A stretch of DNA of 64,000 nucleotides from Candidatus Poseidoniaceae archaeon (GTDB lineage: Archaea; Thermoplasmatota; Poseidoniia; Poseidoniales; Poseidoniaceae). The notes beneath the pieces were generated by a model, which was given only the letters and a program-made list of their open reading frames with translations, was not told the DNA's origin and searched no databases. The stretch is from positions 8,722-72,721 of the forward strand of contig JAOMOG010000004.1 of NCBI GenBank assembly GCA_028353405.1, given 5' to 3'. This document shows, piece after piece, positions 1 through 9,168 of this stretch. Made by a program: the position numbers and the translations under genes. Every line of letters starts with the position of its first letter. Position 1 is the first letter of the stretch.

Positions 1-380
1 GGGTCTTCCGTAGTATTATTTTCTTGGGGAGGCAAAGGATTGACAATTATTTGTCCAACCATGCCGACACTCCTATGAGGCTCACAAAAATAATCGAAAG
101 TACCATTCAAGCCCGGAGTGAATAAGAAACTGTAATCTTGATCAGAGGCAGTATCGCCTGAATCAAATGTTTCATTTTCTTCTACAGCATTGTGAGGTAG
201 TAATTGTCCATCCCAAAAAAAACGAATAGTTTCCCCTTCTGTAATAGTGACAGTAGAAGGGCTAAAACGAAGATTAGTGCTATCGACTGTGATGATTGTG
301 GCATTAGTATTATTATCGGCACTGACTATAGGAATAGTGCAAAAAATAATCAATAAAGTCACTATTAATGCGATTCTCAT
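1..380 (-). CDS. Type-1 (blue) copper protein, cupredoxin (halocyanin/plastocyanin-like). Only the N-terminal part is present; the ORF is open at the window start.
   Basis: Absent from the ORF track because it runs off the edge. My minus-strand translation from the ATG at 380 gives MRIALIVTLLIIFCTIPIVSADNN...TITEGETIRFFWDGQLLPHNAVEE...GTFDYFCEPHRSVGMVGQIIV. It has a hydrophobic signal/anchor and a His...Cys-x-Pro-His-x4-Met copper-ligand pattern. Confidence 0.7.
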   Translation of the reverse strand, partial: MRIALIVTLLIIFCTIPIVSADNNTNATIITVDSTNLRFSPSTVTITEGETIRFFWDGQLLPHNAVEENETFDSGDTASDQDYSFLFTPGLNGTFDYFCEPHRSVGMVGQIIVNPLPPQENNTTED

Positions 381-441
381 AATGTATAGAACAACCACAT
401 AATACTTAGCCTATTGTTTTCTAATTAGTACTATTTTACTC

Positions 442-675
442 TCAAATGGAATAATAGGTGTATAGTCTATATACGATAGAGCCGATTTGTATGACACAAA
501 AAAATATTATCATTCCTAAAATAAAATAATAGCTCTTTGGTGCTTCTTCTTTGGTTTTCCAACCCTTCCCCTTAGCGTGAAAGCCCTTGTTTACAAAACA
601 ATAAAGTCCGTATCCCAAACATAAAACAAGGCCAAACAAATTACCAACTATGGAATAAATAAGTAAGTTGTTCAT
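442..675 (-). CDS. Small hypothetical membrane protein (2 hydrophobic helices)
   Basis: 77-aa ORF with two hydrophobic stretches (LIYSIVGNLFGLVLCLGYGLYCF and YYFILGMIIFFCVIQIGSIVY). An AAGGAGA motif lies about 9 nt upstream of the ATG on the minus strand. Confidence 0.4.
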   Translation of the reverse strand: MNNLLIYSIVGNLFGLVLCLGYGLYCFVNKGFHAKGKGWKTKEEAPKSYYFILGMIIFFCVIQIGSIVYRLYTYYSI

Positions 676-834
676 TCTTCTTCATCTCCTTTTTTGATCA
701 ATTCCCAAAGTACGTATGGTCGGCTCCAGAAGGCGCCCACAATAATTGTGTCTTTTTTGTCATCATTCGCTATCTCCTAGTAAATTGTATTATTAAAATT
801 TATGAATTTATCCATCTTGTTCCAACCGTTAATG

Positions 835-869
835 AACCGATTCGGCTAGGCCGAAGAGGTTTTTTTTTA
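835..869 (+). terminator. Terminator-like hairpin followed by a long T-run (TTTTTTTTT after the stem), in a divergent intergenic region
   Basis: AACC-GA-TTCGGC-TAG-GCCGAA-GA-GGTT (835-861) forms a 6+4 bp stem and is followed by a T-run to 869. It is unclear what it would terminate (see finding). Confidence 0.3.
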
Positions 870-963
870 CTTCAGATTGATTTCAAAAATCAATGAATCC
901 AAGAATCAAAATATGGCTCGGATTTAAACAAATAGTGATATACTACTCCACTAGGCCGCAACC

Positions 964-2895
964 ATGCAAATTAAAATTGTTAGCATGCTAGTAGCCTTAC
1001 TTTTATTATCAGCGTTACCACTCAATGTGGCTGCCGATGAGAACGATGACATACCGACAAATGCTATGTCCACTGGAGTTCATGACTCCTTGGTCGCAGC
1101 ACTTGCCCACGCTGATTTAGTGACTACGCTTCAAGGCGACGGACCCTTCACAGTGTTCGCTCCAACCGATGATGCGTTCACAGCGGCTGGAATTGATTTA
1201 TCAACATTTGATACAGATGAAGAAAATGCTACTTTAGTAGATATCTTGCTGTACCATGTTTATTCTGGAGCAGTCAATGCCTCTGATGTAACTGATGGAT
1301 TGACTGTAACAATGGTCAATGGTGATGAAGCATCATTCACAGTAACAAATGGTACAGTTATGGTTGGGGATGCTACTGTAACCACTGCCGATGTAGCCTC
1401 ATCTAACGGAATTATTCATGTAATCGATAAGGTGTTAATGCCACCAGAAGGAATCATTAACGAGATTTGCTACAACACGGTGACCCACACAATTGTGCCA
1501 GGTTCCGATGCAACTGAATGTGAATCATACATGTATCTCGAAGATTACGAAATGAATGGTCAAAATATCACCGGATGTTACAACTCAGTTACACATCAGG
1601 TTTCAAACGTTAGTCAAGCAATTTGTGAAGGTTACATGTGGGCTCCAGCAGTTGATATTGCCATGACTGCAATGGCAACAGGAATACACAGTTCCTTGGT
1701 CGCTGCTTTGACTAAGGCTGACTTAGTTACAACACTTCAGGGTGATGGACCATTCACAGTATTTGCACCAACAGACCAAGCATTCATTGATGCAGAAATC
1801 GATTTGGATTCATTTACTACAGATGAAGAAATTGCTGTTCTAACTGATATCTTACTTTACCATGTTTCCACAGAATGGGTCGATTCAGCAGGGTCTAATG
1901 AAACCGTAGCAATGGTTAACGGAGATGATGCTTCATTCACAGTAACTGATGGAACTGTAATGATTGGAGATGCTACTGTAGTGTTGGCTGATGTCCCAGC
2001 TAGCAATGGAATAATCCATGTGATTGACAAGGTACTAATGCCGCCAGTTGACCTAGTTGACATTCCAACTGTTGCTGATGGAACTGGAATCCATACAGCA
2101 TTGGTAGCAGCTCTTACTAAGGCTGACCTAGTTACAACACTTCAGGGTGATGGACCATTCACAGTATTTGCACCAACAGACCAAGCATTCACTGATGCAG
2201 GAATCGATTTGGATTCATTTACTACAGATGAAGAAATTGCAACACTTGCAGATATTTTGCTATTCCACGTTTATTCTGGAGCAGTCAATGCCGCTGATGT
2301 AACAGATGGATTGACTGTAACAATGGTCAATGGTGATGAAGCATCATTCACAGTCGCAGATGGAACAGTGATGGTTGGTGGTGCTACAGTGACAATTGCA
2401 GATGTAGCAGCTAGTAATGGCGTAATCCATGTCATTGACAAGGTTTTGATGCCACCTGTAGATGTAGTATGTGATGTTACAATTGGACTTTCTTCAAGTG
2501 GATACAAATTCTCTCCATCAGTGGTCTCTATTGAAGTCGATCAAACTGTTTGCTGGACATGGTCCGATGCAGAAATGGAGCACAATGTTAAGGAAGTTGA
2601 AGAATATAAATCAGCTACATTCGTGGAAGGCGGGATTACTTCAGGGGCAGCAGATGTTACCGTTGAATTCCATTATACATTCACAGAGAATACAACATTC
2701 TACTATGCTTGTGAACCTCATATCTCGTTAGACATGTTTGGTAAGGTAATTGTAGGGGATGGTGGCATTGAGCCAGTAGACGACTCTAGTGTACGCGATG
2801 GAAATAGTACACCTGGATTCCTTGGAGTAACCATGCTTCTAGCAACTCTAGGTGCTATTCTTTATTCTGGAATCAATCGTCCTGAAGAGTTGTGA
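964..2895 (+). CDS. Secreted surface protein: signal peptide, 3 fasciclin (FAS1) domains, C-terminal cupredoxin domain, PGF-CTERM anchor
   Basis: 643-aa ORF. The N-terminus is MQIKIVSMLVALLLLSALPLNVAA. The block ...LVTTLQGDGPFTVFAPTD.AF...LLYHV...NG.IHVIDKVLMPP occurs three times, which is FAS1-like. The C-terminus has EFHYTF...FYYACEPHISLDMFGKVIV (Cys-x-Pro-His-x4-Met), then STPGFLGVTMLLATLGAILYSGINR (PGF motif, TM helix, basic residue). Confidence 0.85.
   Translation: MQIKIVSMLVALLLLSALPLNVAADENDDIPTNAMSTGVHDSLVAALAHADLVTTLQGDGPFTVFAPTDDAFTAAGIDLSTFDTDEENATLVDILLYHVYSGAVNASDVTDGLTVTMVNGDEASFTVTNGTVMVGDATVTTADVASSNGIIHVIDKVLMPPEGIINEICYNTVTHTIVPGSDATECESYMYLEDYEMNGQNITGCYNSVTHQVSNVSQAICEGYMWAPAVDIAMTAMATGIHSSLVAALTKADLVTTLQGDGPFTVFAPTDQAFIDAEIDLDSFTTDEEIAVLTDILLYHVSTEWVDSAGSNETVAMVNGDDASFTVTDGTVMIGDATVVLADVPASNGIIHVIDKVLMPPVDLVDIPTVADGTGIHTALVAALTKADLVTTLQGDGPFTVFAPTDQAFTDAGIDLDSFTTDEEIATLADILLFHVYSGAVNAADVTDGLTVTMVNGDEASFTVADGTVMVGGATVTIADVAASNGVIHVIDKVLMPPVDVVCDVTIGLSSSGYKFSPSVVSIEVDQTVCWTWSDAEMEHNVKEVEEYKSATFVEGGITSGAADVTVEFHYTFTENTTFYYACEPHISLDMFGKVIVGDGGIEPVDDSSVRDGNSTPGFLGVTMLLATLGAILYSGINRPEEL
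1050..2460 (+). repeat. Three tandem intragenic repeats of about 400 nt (FAS1 units A, B, C) with mosaic near-identical segments
   Basis: By my own alignment, 1711-1835 matches 2116-2240 with 3 mismatches in 125 nt, and 1258-1343 matches 2269-2354 with 2 mismatches in 86 nt. The same units are much more diverged elsewhere. Confidence 0.85.
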
Positions 2896-2896
2896 T

Positions 2897-3823
2897 ATGT
2901 TGAACTGGAAACGATTTGTCGCTGGAATAGTGGTTTTGTTACTTCTGTCGGCAGCAATATGGGTCTATATGGTTTCAACATATGAATCAGGCTTGGGGAC
3001 TTCTAACACGATTCTTGTCAATGATTCCAATTCCTCAATTGATAATTCTACTGATAATAAGCTGTTAGAATTATCATTCGAGACGGGTGCCGAAGATTTA
3101 CTCTGGGCTTCTTTAGGTATTGAGTTGGAAATCAAAGGAGTAAAGCACACCTGTTCGTTTGGTGCCCAATCAAATCCGGGTCAATCTGGAGCATTAATAT
3201 CAACTAATTTAGGAGCGGATGGGCTTACATTCACAACAGTTGTTAATGCAACAGATGATGAACAGTTCACGTTTTTAGATATTGGAGAACAAACGGAAGG
3301 TACCGAATCTAATTATTGGATGAAGTTTTCTTCTACCGATATATTCCTTGGTGAAGGTGTTAAATGGTTATTTTTAGATGGTGCAGATTTTAAAGAGGTT
3401 AACGAAATACCAAGTGATAATCTATCTAACAATACAGAAGATAGACTTGAATGGTATACATATGACCTTTCAGTTCATCGAATAGACCCCAACGATGGAG
3501 TCTATGTGGTTGAAAAAAATGACATGTGGTTCAAAATAAACTTTTTGTCATACTATAATTCTGATGATGAGAGCCGTTTTCCAGCAATGCAGATCGCTGC
3601 CTTGAACGGCACTGATTTTCCAGCATTAAGCAATTCAGATTTAGTTGCGCCTTCACCATGTATAATTCTTACAGAAGATTCGAATACTGATTATTGGAAT
3701 GCAAATGAAACAATAATTCTTGCTGAAAATGGAATTAATCTGTGTAGTCAGAGTTGTGACATTGATGTTAAAATCAAATTTGAAACAACACCTGTTGTTG
3801 TTTCTAGAACTGAACTTGTTTAG
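2897..3823 (+). CDS. Hypothetical membrane-anchored extracellular protein
   Basis: The ORF track gives 2852-3823. I prefer the ATG at 2897 (MLNWKRFVAGIVVLLLLSAAIWVY, an N-terminal TM), 1 nt after the upstream stop. The rest is Asn/Ser/Thr/Asp-rich with no recognisable domain. Confidence 0.55.
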   Translation: MLNWKRFVAGIVVLLLLSAAIWVYMVSTYESGLGTSNTILVNDSNSSIDNSTDNKLLELSFETGAEDLLWASLGIELEIKGVKHTCSFGAQSNPGQSGALISTNLGADGLTFTTVVNATDDEQFTFLDIGEQTEGTESNYWMKFSSTDIFLGEGVKWLFLDGADFKEVNEIPSDNLSNNTEDRLEWYTYDLSVHRIDPNDGVYVVEKNDMWFKINFLSYYNSDDESRFPAMQIAALNGTDFPALSNSDLVAPSPCIILTEDSNTDYWNANETIILAENGINLCSQSCDIDVKIKFETTPVVVSRTELV

Positions 3824-3839
3824 TATCTAATTCATACTA

Positions 3840-5126
3840 TTACTGATTAGAACCTACGCCTTGGTAATAGGTTTCAACAGCGTTATCCAATTCATCAATT
3901 GCCTTCGCTTCATCAACACTGAGAGTAATTCCATCACGCCTCAATGCCTTACCTTCAACCCACAAATCAAGACAATCAGCACCATTGAATACTAAATTTG
4001 CAATGTGTCTATCATTTTGCCTTCCAACTGGACGCATTCTAATATCATCTATATTCCAAACAGCCCAATCTTGACTGCCTTTGGTAGCCATTGAGAATAC
4101 TTCAGTAGCAGGAAGCAATGTAGGGTCCCAATGGTCATGACGTTGTACTAAACTTGCTAATCTTGCTTCAGCCAAAATATCTAGGCCACTTCCTGAACTT
4201 GCTGCACCATCGGTTCCAAGGCGAACATCAACCCCTGCATCTCTGTATGCTGGAAGCGATAGAGTTCCTCCACATGCCAATTTCATATTTGATGAAGGAC
4301 AATGTACAGCAGTAGCCTCATGTTTTGCCAAGATTCTAATTTCATTTTTCTTAACCCAAGATGCGTGAGCACATATTGTGCCCTCTTGGAAGAATTCGAT
4401 AGAGTCTAGGTATTCAACTGGATAGAGCCCAGTTTTGGCATGATGTTCAGCTACTTCCTTTCTTGTTTCAGAAACATGGATGTGTAAGCGTGCTTTTCTT
4501 TTTGCAGCCAATTCAGAAGCCTTTCTCAAAGTTTCTTCTTCACACAAATATACCGAATGAGTTGCGATTGCATAATTTATACGATTTGAAGGCGAGTTTT
4601 GTTGCAATAACTGATCCATTTCAGCAAGTGCTGAAGTTGCACTTCCATGCGAGGGGAGTGCTATATCACTTACCGGCCCGCCAATCAATCCTCTTAATCC
4701 AGCATCATCGAGAACTTTACCTGTGACACTTGGATGAAAGTACATATCGGCGGCAAATGTTGAGCCCGTTCTAATCATTTCAGCAGCAGCAGCTTGGGTG
4801 CCGACTCGAACATATTCCTCGTTAATTTTCGCTTCGGTAGGGAATATTGCTTCATTTAACCAGCGATGAAGAGGAAAACCATCACTGAAATCTCTAGCGT
4901 TTAGTTGCATTGCTAGATGAGTATGCCAATTTTGTAAACTGCGCGTAATCAATCGCTTTGAACCATCAATTTGTTGGGCAACATCTTCGTCACCATTTGA
5001 TTGTGACCAACTTCCGTCACTATGCAATAGCACATCTCCAACAAATTGCTGACCACTCTCATCGTAGAGGACGGTATTGAGATAGCGTATGCTATCATCG
5101 TGCGACATGGTTAGTGCTCGCGCCAT
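3840..5126 (-). CDS. mtaD: Amidohydrolase-superfamily deaminase, 5'-methylthioadenosine/S-adenosylhomocysteine (or 5'-deoxyadenosine) deaminase-like
   Basis: 428 aa. Motifs: NWHTHLAM (HxH metal site), HRWLNEAIFPTE, LHIHVSET, AVHCPSSN, LGTDGAASSGS. Confidence 0.6.
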   Translation of the reverse strand: MARALTMSHDDSIRYLNTVLYDESGQQFVGDVLLHSDGSWSQSNGDEDVAQQIDGSKRLITRSLQNWHTHLAMQLNARDFSDGFPLHRWLNEAIFPTEAKINEEYVRVGTQAAAAEMIRTGSTFAADMYFHPSVTGKVLDDAGLRGLIGGPVSDIALPSHGSATSALAEMDQLLQQNSPSNRINYAIATHSVYLCEEETLRKASELAAKRKARLHIHVSETRKEVAEHHAKTGLYPVEYLDSIEFFQEGTICAHASWVKKNEIRILAKHEATAVHCPSSNMKLACGGTLSLPAYRDAGVDVRLGTDGAASSGSGLDILAEARLASLVQRHDHWDPTLLPATEVFSMATKGSQDWAVWNIDDIRMRPVGRQNDRHIANLVFNGADCLDLWVEGKALRRDGITLSVDEAKAIDELDNAVETYYQGVGSNQ

Positions 5127-5177
5127 TCATTGAAGAATCCTAGCCTCTAATCAGGATAACAACAAATGAAATATTAT

Positions 5178-6440
5178 TCATTGATTGTCCACTGGTTTAA
5201 TTATCTCAACTGCGAATTGTTTTGCACTAGCCTCTAGGCTTGCGATTCCAGGTAAAGTACGTCCTGCAATATAATTCAATGAAGCACCACCGCCGGTAGA
5301 AACATGGTCCATTTTATCGGCTAATCCGCGCTTCACAACTAATGTTGCAGTATGACCGCCACCCATCACAGTATAGCCTTCTGCTTCAGCACAGGCATTG
5401 AGGATCTCAATCGTTCCCAATGAAAAATCTGGAAGTTCAAATATTCCGGCAGGTCCGTTTAGAATTATTGTGCCAGCCTTTTTAATCGCAGCAGAAATAG
5501 CCATTGTTGATTGAATTCCCAAATCGATTAGTGGTGCTTCAACCGGTAAATCTGCAAGGAATAAATCAACTCTATTAGCCTCAATATTGGCAGCTAAGTC
5601 AACTGGTAAGTGAATCTTCTGCGAGAAATCATTGAGTAGTGATTTGGCAGTCTCAACAGTTGAATGATAGTTATCGCCTAATTCATTGACTAGGAAGTTG
5701 TGATTTAATTCACCGATATCCACTCCTGATAATTCGACCATCATATTGGCCACTCCACCAGTTACCCACACACTATCTGCAATACCCTTGCGCAGCATAT
5801 TATCGGCGACAGTAACAGAGTCATCGACCTTGATGCCACCGAGTATGGCCATACAAGGTCGTTGTGGATCTTCTAATGCAGAATCTAATTTACGAATTTC
5901 CTGACCCATTAATTCACCTGCAACACACGGTATTTCGTGAGTGAATCCAGTGATAGAAGGAGTGGAGCGATGAGCACATGCAAAAGCATCGTTAACAAAG
6001 ATATCAGCAATTCCTGATAACGCTTGGACCATTTTTGTCTTTGCCATTGTCGTAAAGCCACCAGTGGTTGAAATCTCTTGTTCATCCATCCTTACATTAT
6101 TGAGCATCAATATCTGTCCATTTTGTAATTGCTCTATTGCTTCCATTGCCTTTGATCCATAGATGTCATCCACCCATTTTATTTGTCGACCTAGCAATCT
6201 ACCAAGTTCTCTAGAGTGTCCTAAAGTACTGGTGAAATCATTTTTCCCAGGTCTAGATTGGTGCGCAAGAATAATCACTTTGGCCTTAGAAAGTTGATTC
6301 AGAGTAGGAAGAATCGCCTTTATTCTCGTATCGTCGAGAAAAGTGTTTGTCGCAGGGTCCATTGGACAGTTAATATCGACGCGAACGAGGACAGTCTTGC
6401 CCTCAACGTTGACATTGTCCAAGGTCAGAACCCTTGCCAT
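5178..6440 (-). CDS. pgk: Phosphoglycerate kinase
   Basis: 420 aa. Motifs: KTVLVRVDINCPMD, FVNDAFACAHRS, ILGGIKVDD, VSTGGGASL. Confidence 0.9.
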   Translation of the reverse strand: MARVLTLDNVNVEGKTVLVRVDINCPMDPATNTFLDDTRIKAILPTLNQLSKAKVIILAHQSRPGKNDFTSTLGHSRELGRLLGRQIKWVDDIYGSKAMEAIEQLQNGQILMLNNVRMDEQEISTTGGFTTMAKTKMVQALSGIADIFVNDAFACAHRSTPSITGFTHEIPCVAGELMGQEIRKLDSALEDPQRPCMAILGGIKVDDSVTVADNMLRKGIADSVWVTGGVANMMVELSGVDIGELNHNFLVNELGDNYHSTVETAKSLLNDFSQKIHLPVDLAANIEANRVDLFLADLPVEAPLIDLGIQSTMAISAAIKKAGTIILNGPAGIFELPDFSLGTIEILNACAEAEGYTVMGGGHTATLVVKRGLADKMDHVSTGGGASLNYIAGRTLPGIASLEASAKQFAVEIIKPVDNQ

Positions 6441-6604
6441 CAGTTCACTCCAACAGCCGTAGGTTTTTGTATTCCTCGGCTAATAACCCAATAAAAATCA
6501 TCGAACTTGTGTTTAGCGGCCATGCCGATAAGGTGTCAAAGCGCGCGTCTTCAACAGCGCAATAACGCGAAAGGTGAAATAGGCTTCAAAACCGCTAACA
6601 TTTG

Positions 6605-7561
6605 ATGGGGCGCGAAACATCAGAGCAAGATAGTGTACTGGATGGTGCACGGCGTCGCGCTGGTACGGTCACCTCATCCTTCGGAGTGTCAAAACGAGAA
6701 GGACACGATGCTTCGATATATTATGGAAGTAGATTGAACGAAGGCCAAGTATCCTCAAGAGAAGTAGGTCCAGAGAACCAATTACCACCAACTAGTGCTA
6801 ACAAAGTCCTTTGTGGTGATTCACGGGCTTTAGATCTACCAGATAATTGCGTTCAATTGGTTGTAACTTCACCACCATATAATGCTAGTAAATCATATGA
6901 TGAGGATTTGAGTCTAGCAGAATATTTACAGTTGCTATTCGATGTATTCCAAGAGTGTTACAGGGTATTGGCGCCTGGTGGGAGAATGGTTGTAAATGTT
7001 GCAAACCTTGGTAGGAAGCCATACATTCCTCTATCCAGTCACATCAACTTAATGATGAATCAAATTGGCTTTTTAATGCGAGGAGAAGTGATTTGGGATA
7101 AATCTGCAAGCGCTGGGTCCTCTTGTGCATGGGGTTCATTCCAAAGTGCAAGTAATCCTTGTCTAAGAGATATTCACGAATATTTACTAATTTTTAGCAA
7201 GGGTGATTACAAATTACCACGCGATAAAAAACAAAGAGAACAAGGTAGAATTGATACAATCTCACGTGATGACTTTGTAAAGCACACAAAATCAATTTGG
7301 AGTTTTGCAACAGAGAGGGCAAGCAGGGTGAACCATCCAGCACCCTTCCCCGTTGAACTACCAAAACGATGTATTGAGATGTACAGTTTTGTCGGAGATG
7401 TCGTTTTAGATCCATTCAATGGTTCTGGTTCAACCTGTGTGGCTGCAAAAATGACCGGTAGAACCTATATCGGAATTGATCTCTCTGAAGAATACTGTGA
7501 AATCGCACAACAGAGAATAGATGTCACTGAAGAATTTGTTGTCGCAGAAATAGAATCTTAA
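6605..7561 (+). CDS. DNA methyltransferase, beta-class N4/N6 family (motif IV SPPY, N4-cytosine-like); apparently orphan
   Basis: VVTSPPYNASKSYDED (motif IV) precedes DPFNGSGSTCVAAKMTGRTYIGIDLSEEY (motif I, FxGxG). That order is the beta-class arrangement. The ATG at 6605 is preferred over the TTG at 6602. Confidence 0.8.
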   Translation: MGRETSEQDSVLDGARRRAGTVTSSFGVSKREGHDASIYYGSRLNEGQVSSREVGPENQLPPTSANKVLCGDSRALDLPDNCVQLVVTSPPYNASKSYDEDLSLAEYLQLLFDVFQECYRVLAPGGRMVVNVANLGRKPYIPLSSHINLMMNQIGFLMRGEVIWDKSASAGSSCAWGSFQSASNPCLRDIHEYLLIFSKGDYKLPRDKKQREQGRIDTISRDDFVKHTKSIWSFATERASRVNHPAPFPVELPKRCIEMYSFVGDVVLDPFNGSGSTCVAAKMTGRTYIGIDLSEEYCEIAQQRIDVTEEFVVAEIES

Positions 7562-7620
7562 GTTATTTTTGAGCATTTTCTCAAGCGGAGTCATTTTGAA
7601 CGGATGACGCACCCAATGAC

Positions 7621-8898
7621 ATGATGACAACTTGGTCGGAAGCCGATATCGTTGGCCCAGAGGGCGAAGATTGGCGCGTACCTGTATCCGAGTTGGAGTC
7701 CCGCCTAACCCTTCTATCATCTCTTTTGGCCGAAGCAGGTATTGGTGGAGCTATCATTCAACACCCGGTCGATTTGTATTATTATGCGGGTGGCAGACAA
7801 AATGGTTCACTCTTTGTACCGGCTAAAGGAACCGCTGCAACTTGTGAATTGGGGGGAGATGGTCCAACCTTCTTCGTTCGCCGTTCATTGAGAAGGGCTA
7901 TTTTTGAAGCAGGTGGCGATGATGCACCACTCAATGTGTGTTCTTTCCCTTCGATGCAAGGATTCGCTCAGCATCTGAAAGATATGGGTGCTCAAGGGTC
8001 AATCGGTTTACAGCAGGGGGAAGTACCGGCTTCCCTTTACATGTTTTTCAATGAGAAATTATCTCTATTCGGACAATGTCCTGACATAACAGAATTAGTT
8101 CATGGTCAAAGAGAAATCAAGTCTGCCTGGGAGATTGAAATGTTAGAAGCAGGTGCAGTAATTCAATTAAAAATGTTTGATGCAGTTGCAGAGGCCGGTG
8201 CTGAAGGAGTTACTGAATTGGAACTAGTTGCAGCCGCTGAGGCGGTTAGTCGCGCTGAAGGATACGGTGGTTCGGTACAGATGCGCCGCTTTCCAATGCA
8301 ATGTGATAGAGGTGTAATCATCGCTGGACGGGCTGGAGGAATCCCATCTTTCTTCGATTCAGCATTAGGTGGAGTCGGTGCACATCCACTATCCAGTATG
8401 GGGAGTAGTTTCAACAAAATCAAGGCTAATGAAACAGTTCTAGTTGATTTATTACATATTCATCGCGGCTATGTTGTTGATGCTACCAGAATGTTTGTAG
8501 CGGGGCATTTAGATGAAAAATGGAATTCACGACTTGAAGATATATTGGCGGTTAAAGATACGGTAGTCGATGTTTTGGGTTCGGGCGAGACCTGCCAGCA
8601 AGCATGGAGGCAAGGACTTGCATTAGCAGATGAACTCGGTCACAAGGATCACTTGATGGGAATGAATCCAGATCAAAGTAAATTCCTTGGTCATTCTGTT
8701 GGATTACAATTGGATGAGACTCCAGTGGTTGCAGAAGGCTTTGATAGGCCGCTACCAATTGGTGGTACTATGGCAATAGAGCCTAAATTAGTATATTCAG
8801 ATGGGAGTATCGGTAGTGAAGATACTTGGGTGAGGGATGAAGATGGAATGCGTCCTCTCACAGCAGATAGAGCAATTCCATGGGTAACGGAGTGGTAA
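7621..8898 (+). CDS. M24-family metallopeptidase (Xaa-Pro aminopeptidase/prolidase-like)
   Basis: 425 aa. Creatinase/prolidase-type N-terminal part, then HRGYVVDATRMF, GHSVGLQLDE, MAIEPK and EDTWV motifs typical of the pita-bread fold. Confidence 0.7.
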   Translation: MMTTWSEADIVGPEGEDWRVPVSELESRLTLLSSLLAEAGIGGAIIQHPVDLYYYAGGRQNGSLFVPAKGTAATCELGGDGPTFFVRRSLRRAIFEAGGDDAPLNVCSFPSMQGFAQHLKDMGAQGSIGLQQGEVPASLYMFFNEKLSLFGQCPDITELVHGQREIKSAWEIEMLEAGAVIQLKMFDAVAEAGAEGVTELELVAAAEAVSRAEGYGGSVQMRRFPMQCDRGVIIAGRAGGIPSFFDSALGGVGAHPLSSMGSSFNKIKANETVLVDLLHIHRGYVVDATRMFVAGHLDEKWNSRLEDILAVKDTVVDVLGSGETCQQAWRQGLALADELGHKDHLMGMNPDQSKFLGHSVGLQLDETPVVAEGFDRPLPIGGTMAIEPKLVYSDGSIGSEDTWVRDEDGMRPLTADRAIPWVTEW

Positions 8899-9167
8899 TG
8901 ATGGAACAAACAATTGATGAGAATGATGATTTCACAGAAAAACAACAAGATTGGGACGAGTCTGATGTTGGTAAGCGTATTATCAAGCGTGTGACAATTA
9001 ATGGAACATACTTGAACGAATTAATTGTACAAGTATTCTGTCGATTCTGTGGAGCAGAATTCATTGGACCTAGTAGAGAGGCCGGTGGCTTTCTCGGAGG
9101 GCATGAGTGCCTCCATTCTTGGGAAATAGCGCAAGAAATGAATAGAGAAGACGGATTAACAGAGTAA
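8898..9167 (+). CDS. Small hypothetical Cys/His protein, translationally coupled to the M24 peptidase gene
   Basis: TAATG stop/start overlap at 8896-8900. 89 aa with an acidic N-terminus and CRFCGAEF...GHECLH (CxxC...HxCxH, possible zinc site). Confidence 0.4.
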   Translation: MMEQTIDENDDFTEKQQDWDESDVGKRIIKRVTINGTYLNELIVQVFCRFCGAEFIGPSREAGGFLGGHECLHSWEIAQEMNREDGLTE

Positions 9168-9168
9168 T

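Noticed and set aside
6441-8898. Possible restriction-modification system around the methyltransferase
   Set aside because: The flanking genes are clearly pgk and an M24 peptidase. No nuclease-like ORF (PD-(D/E)xK, HNH, etc.) is visible nearby, so the gene is reported as an orphan methyltransferase only.
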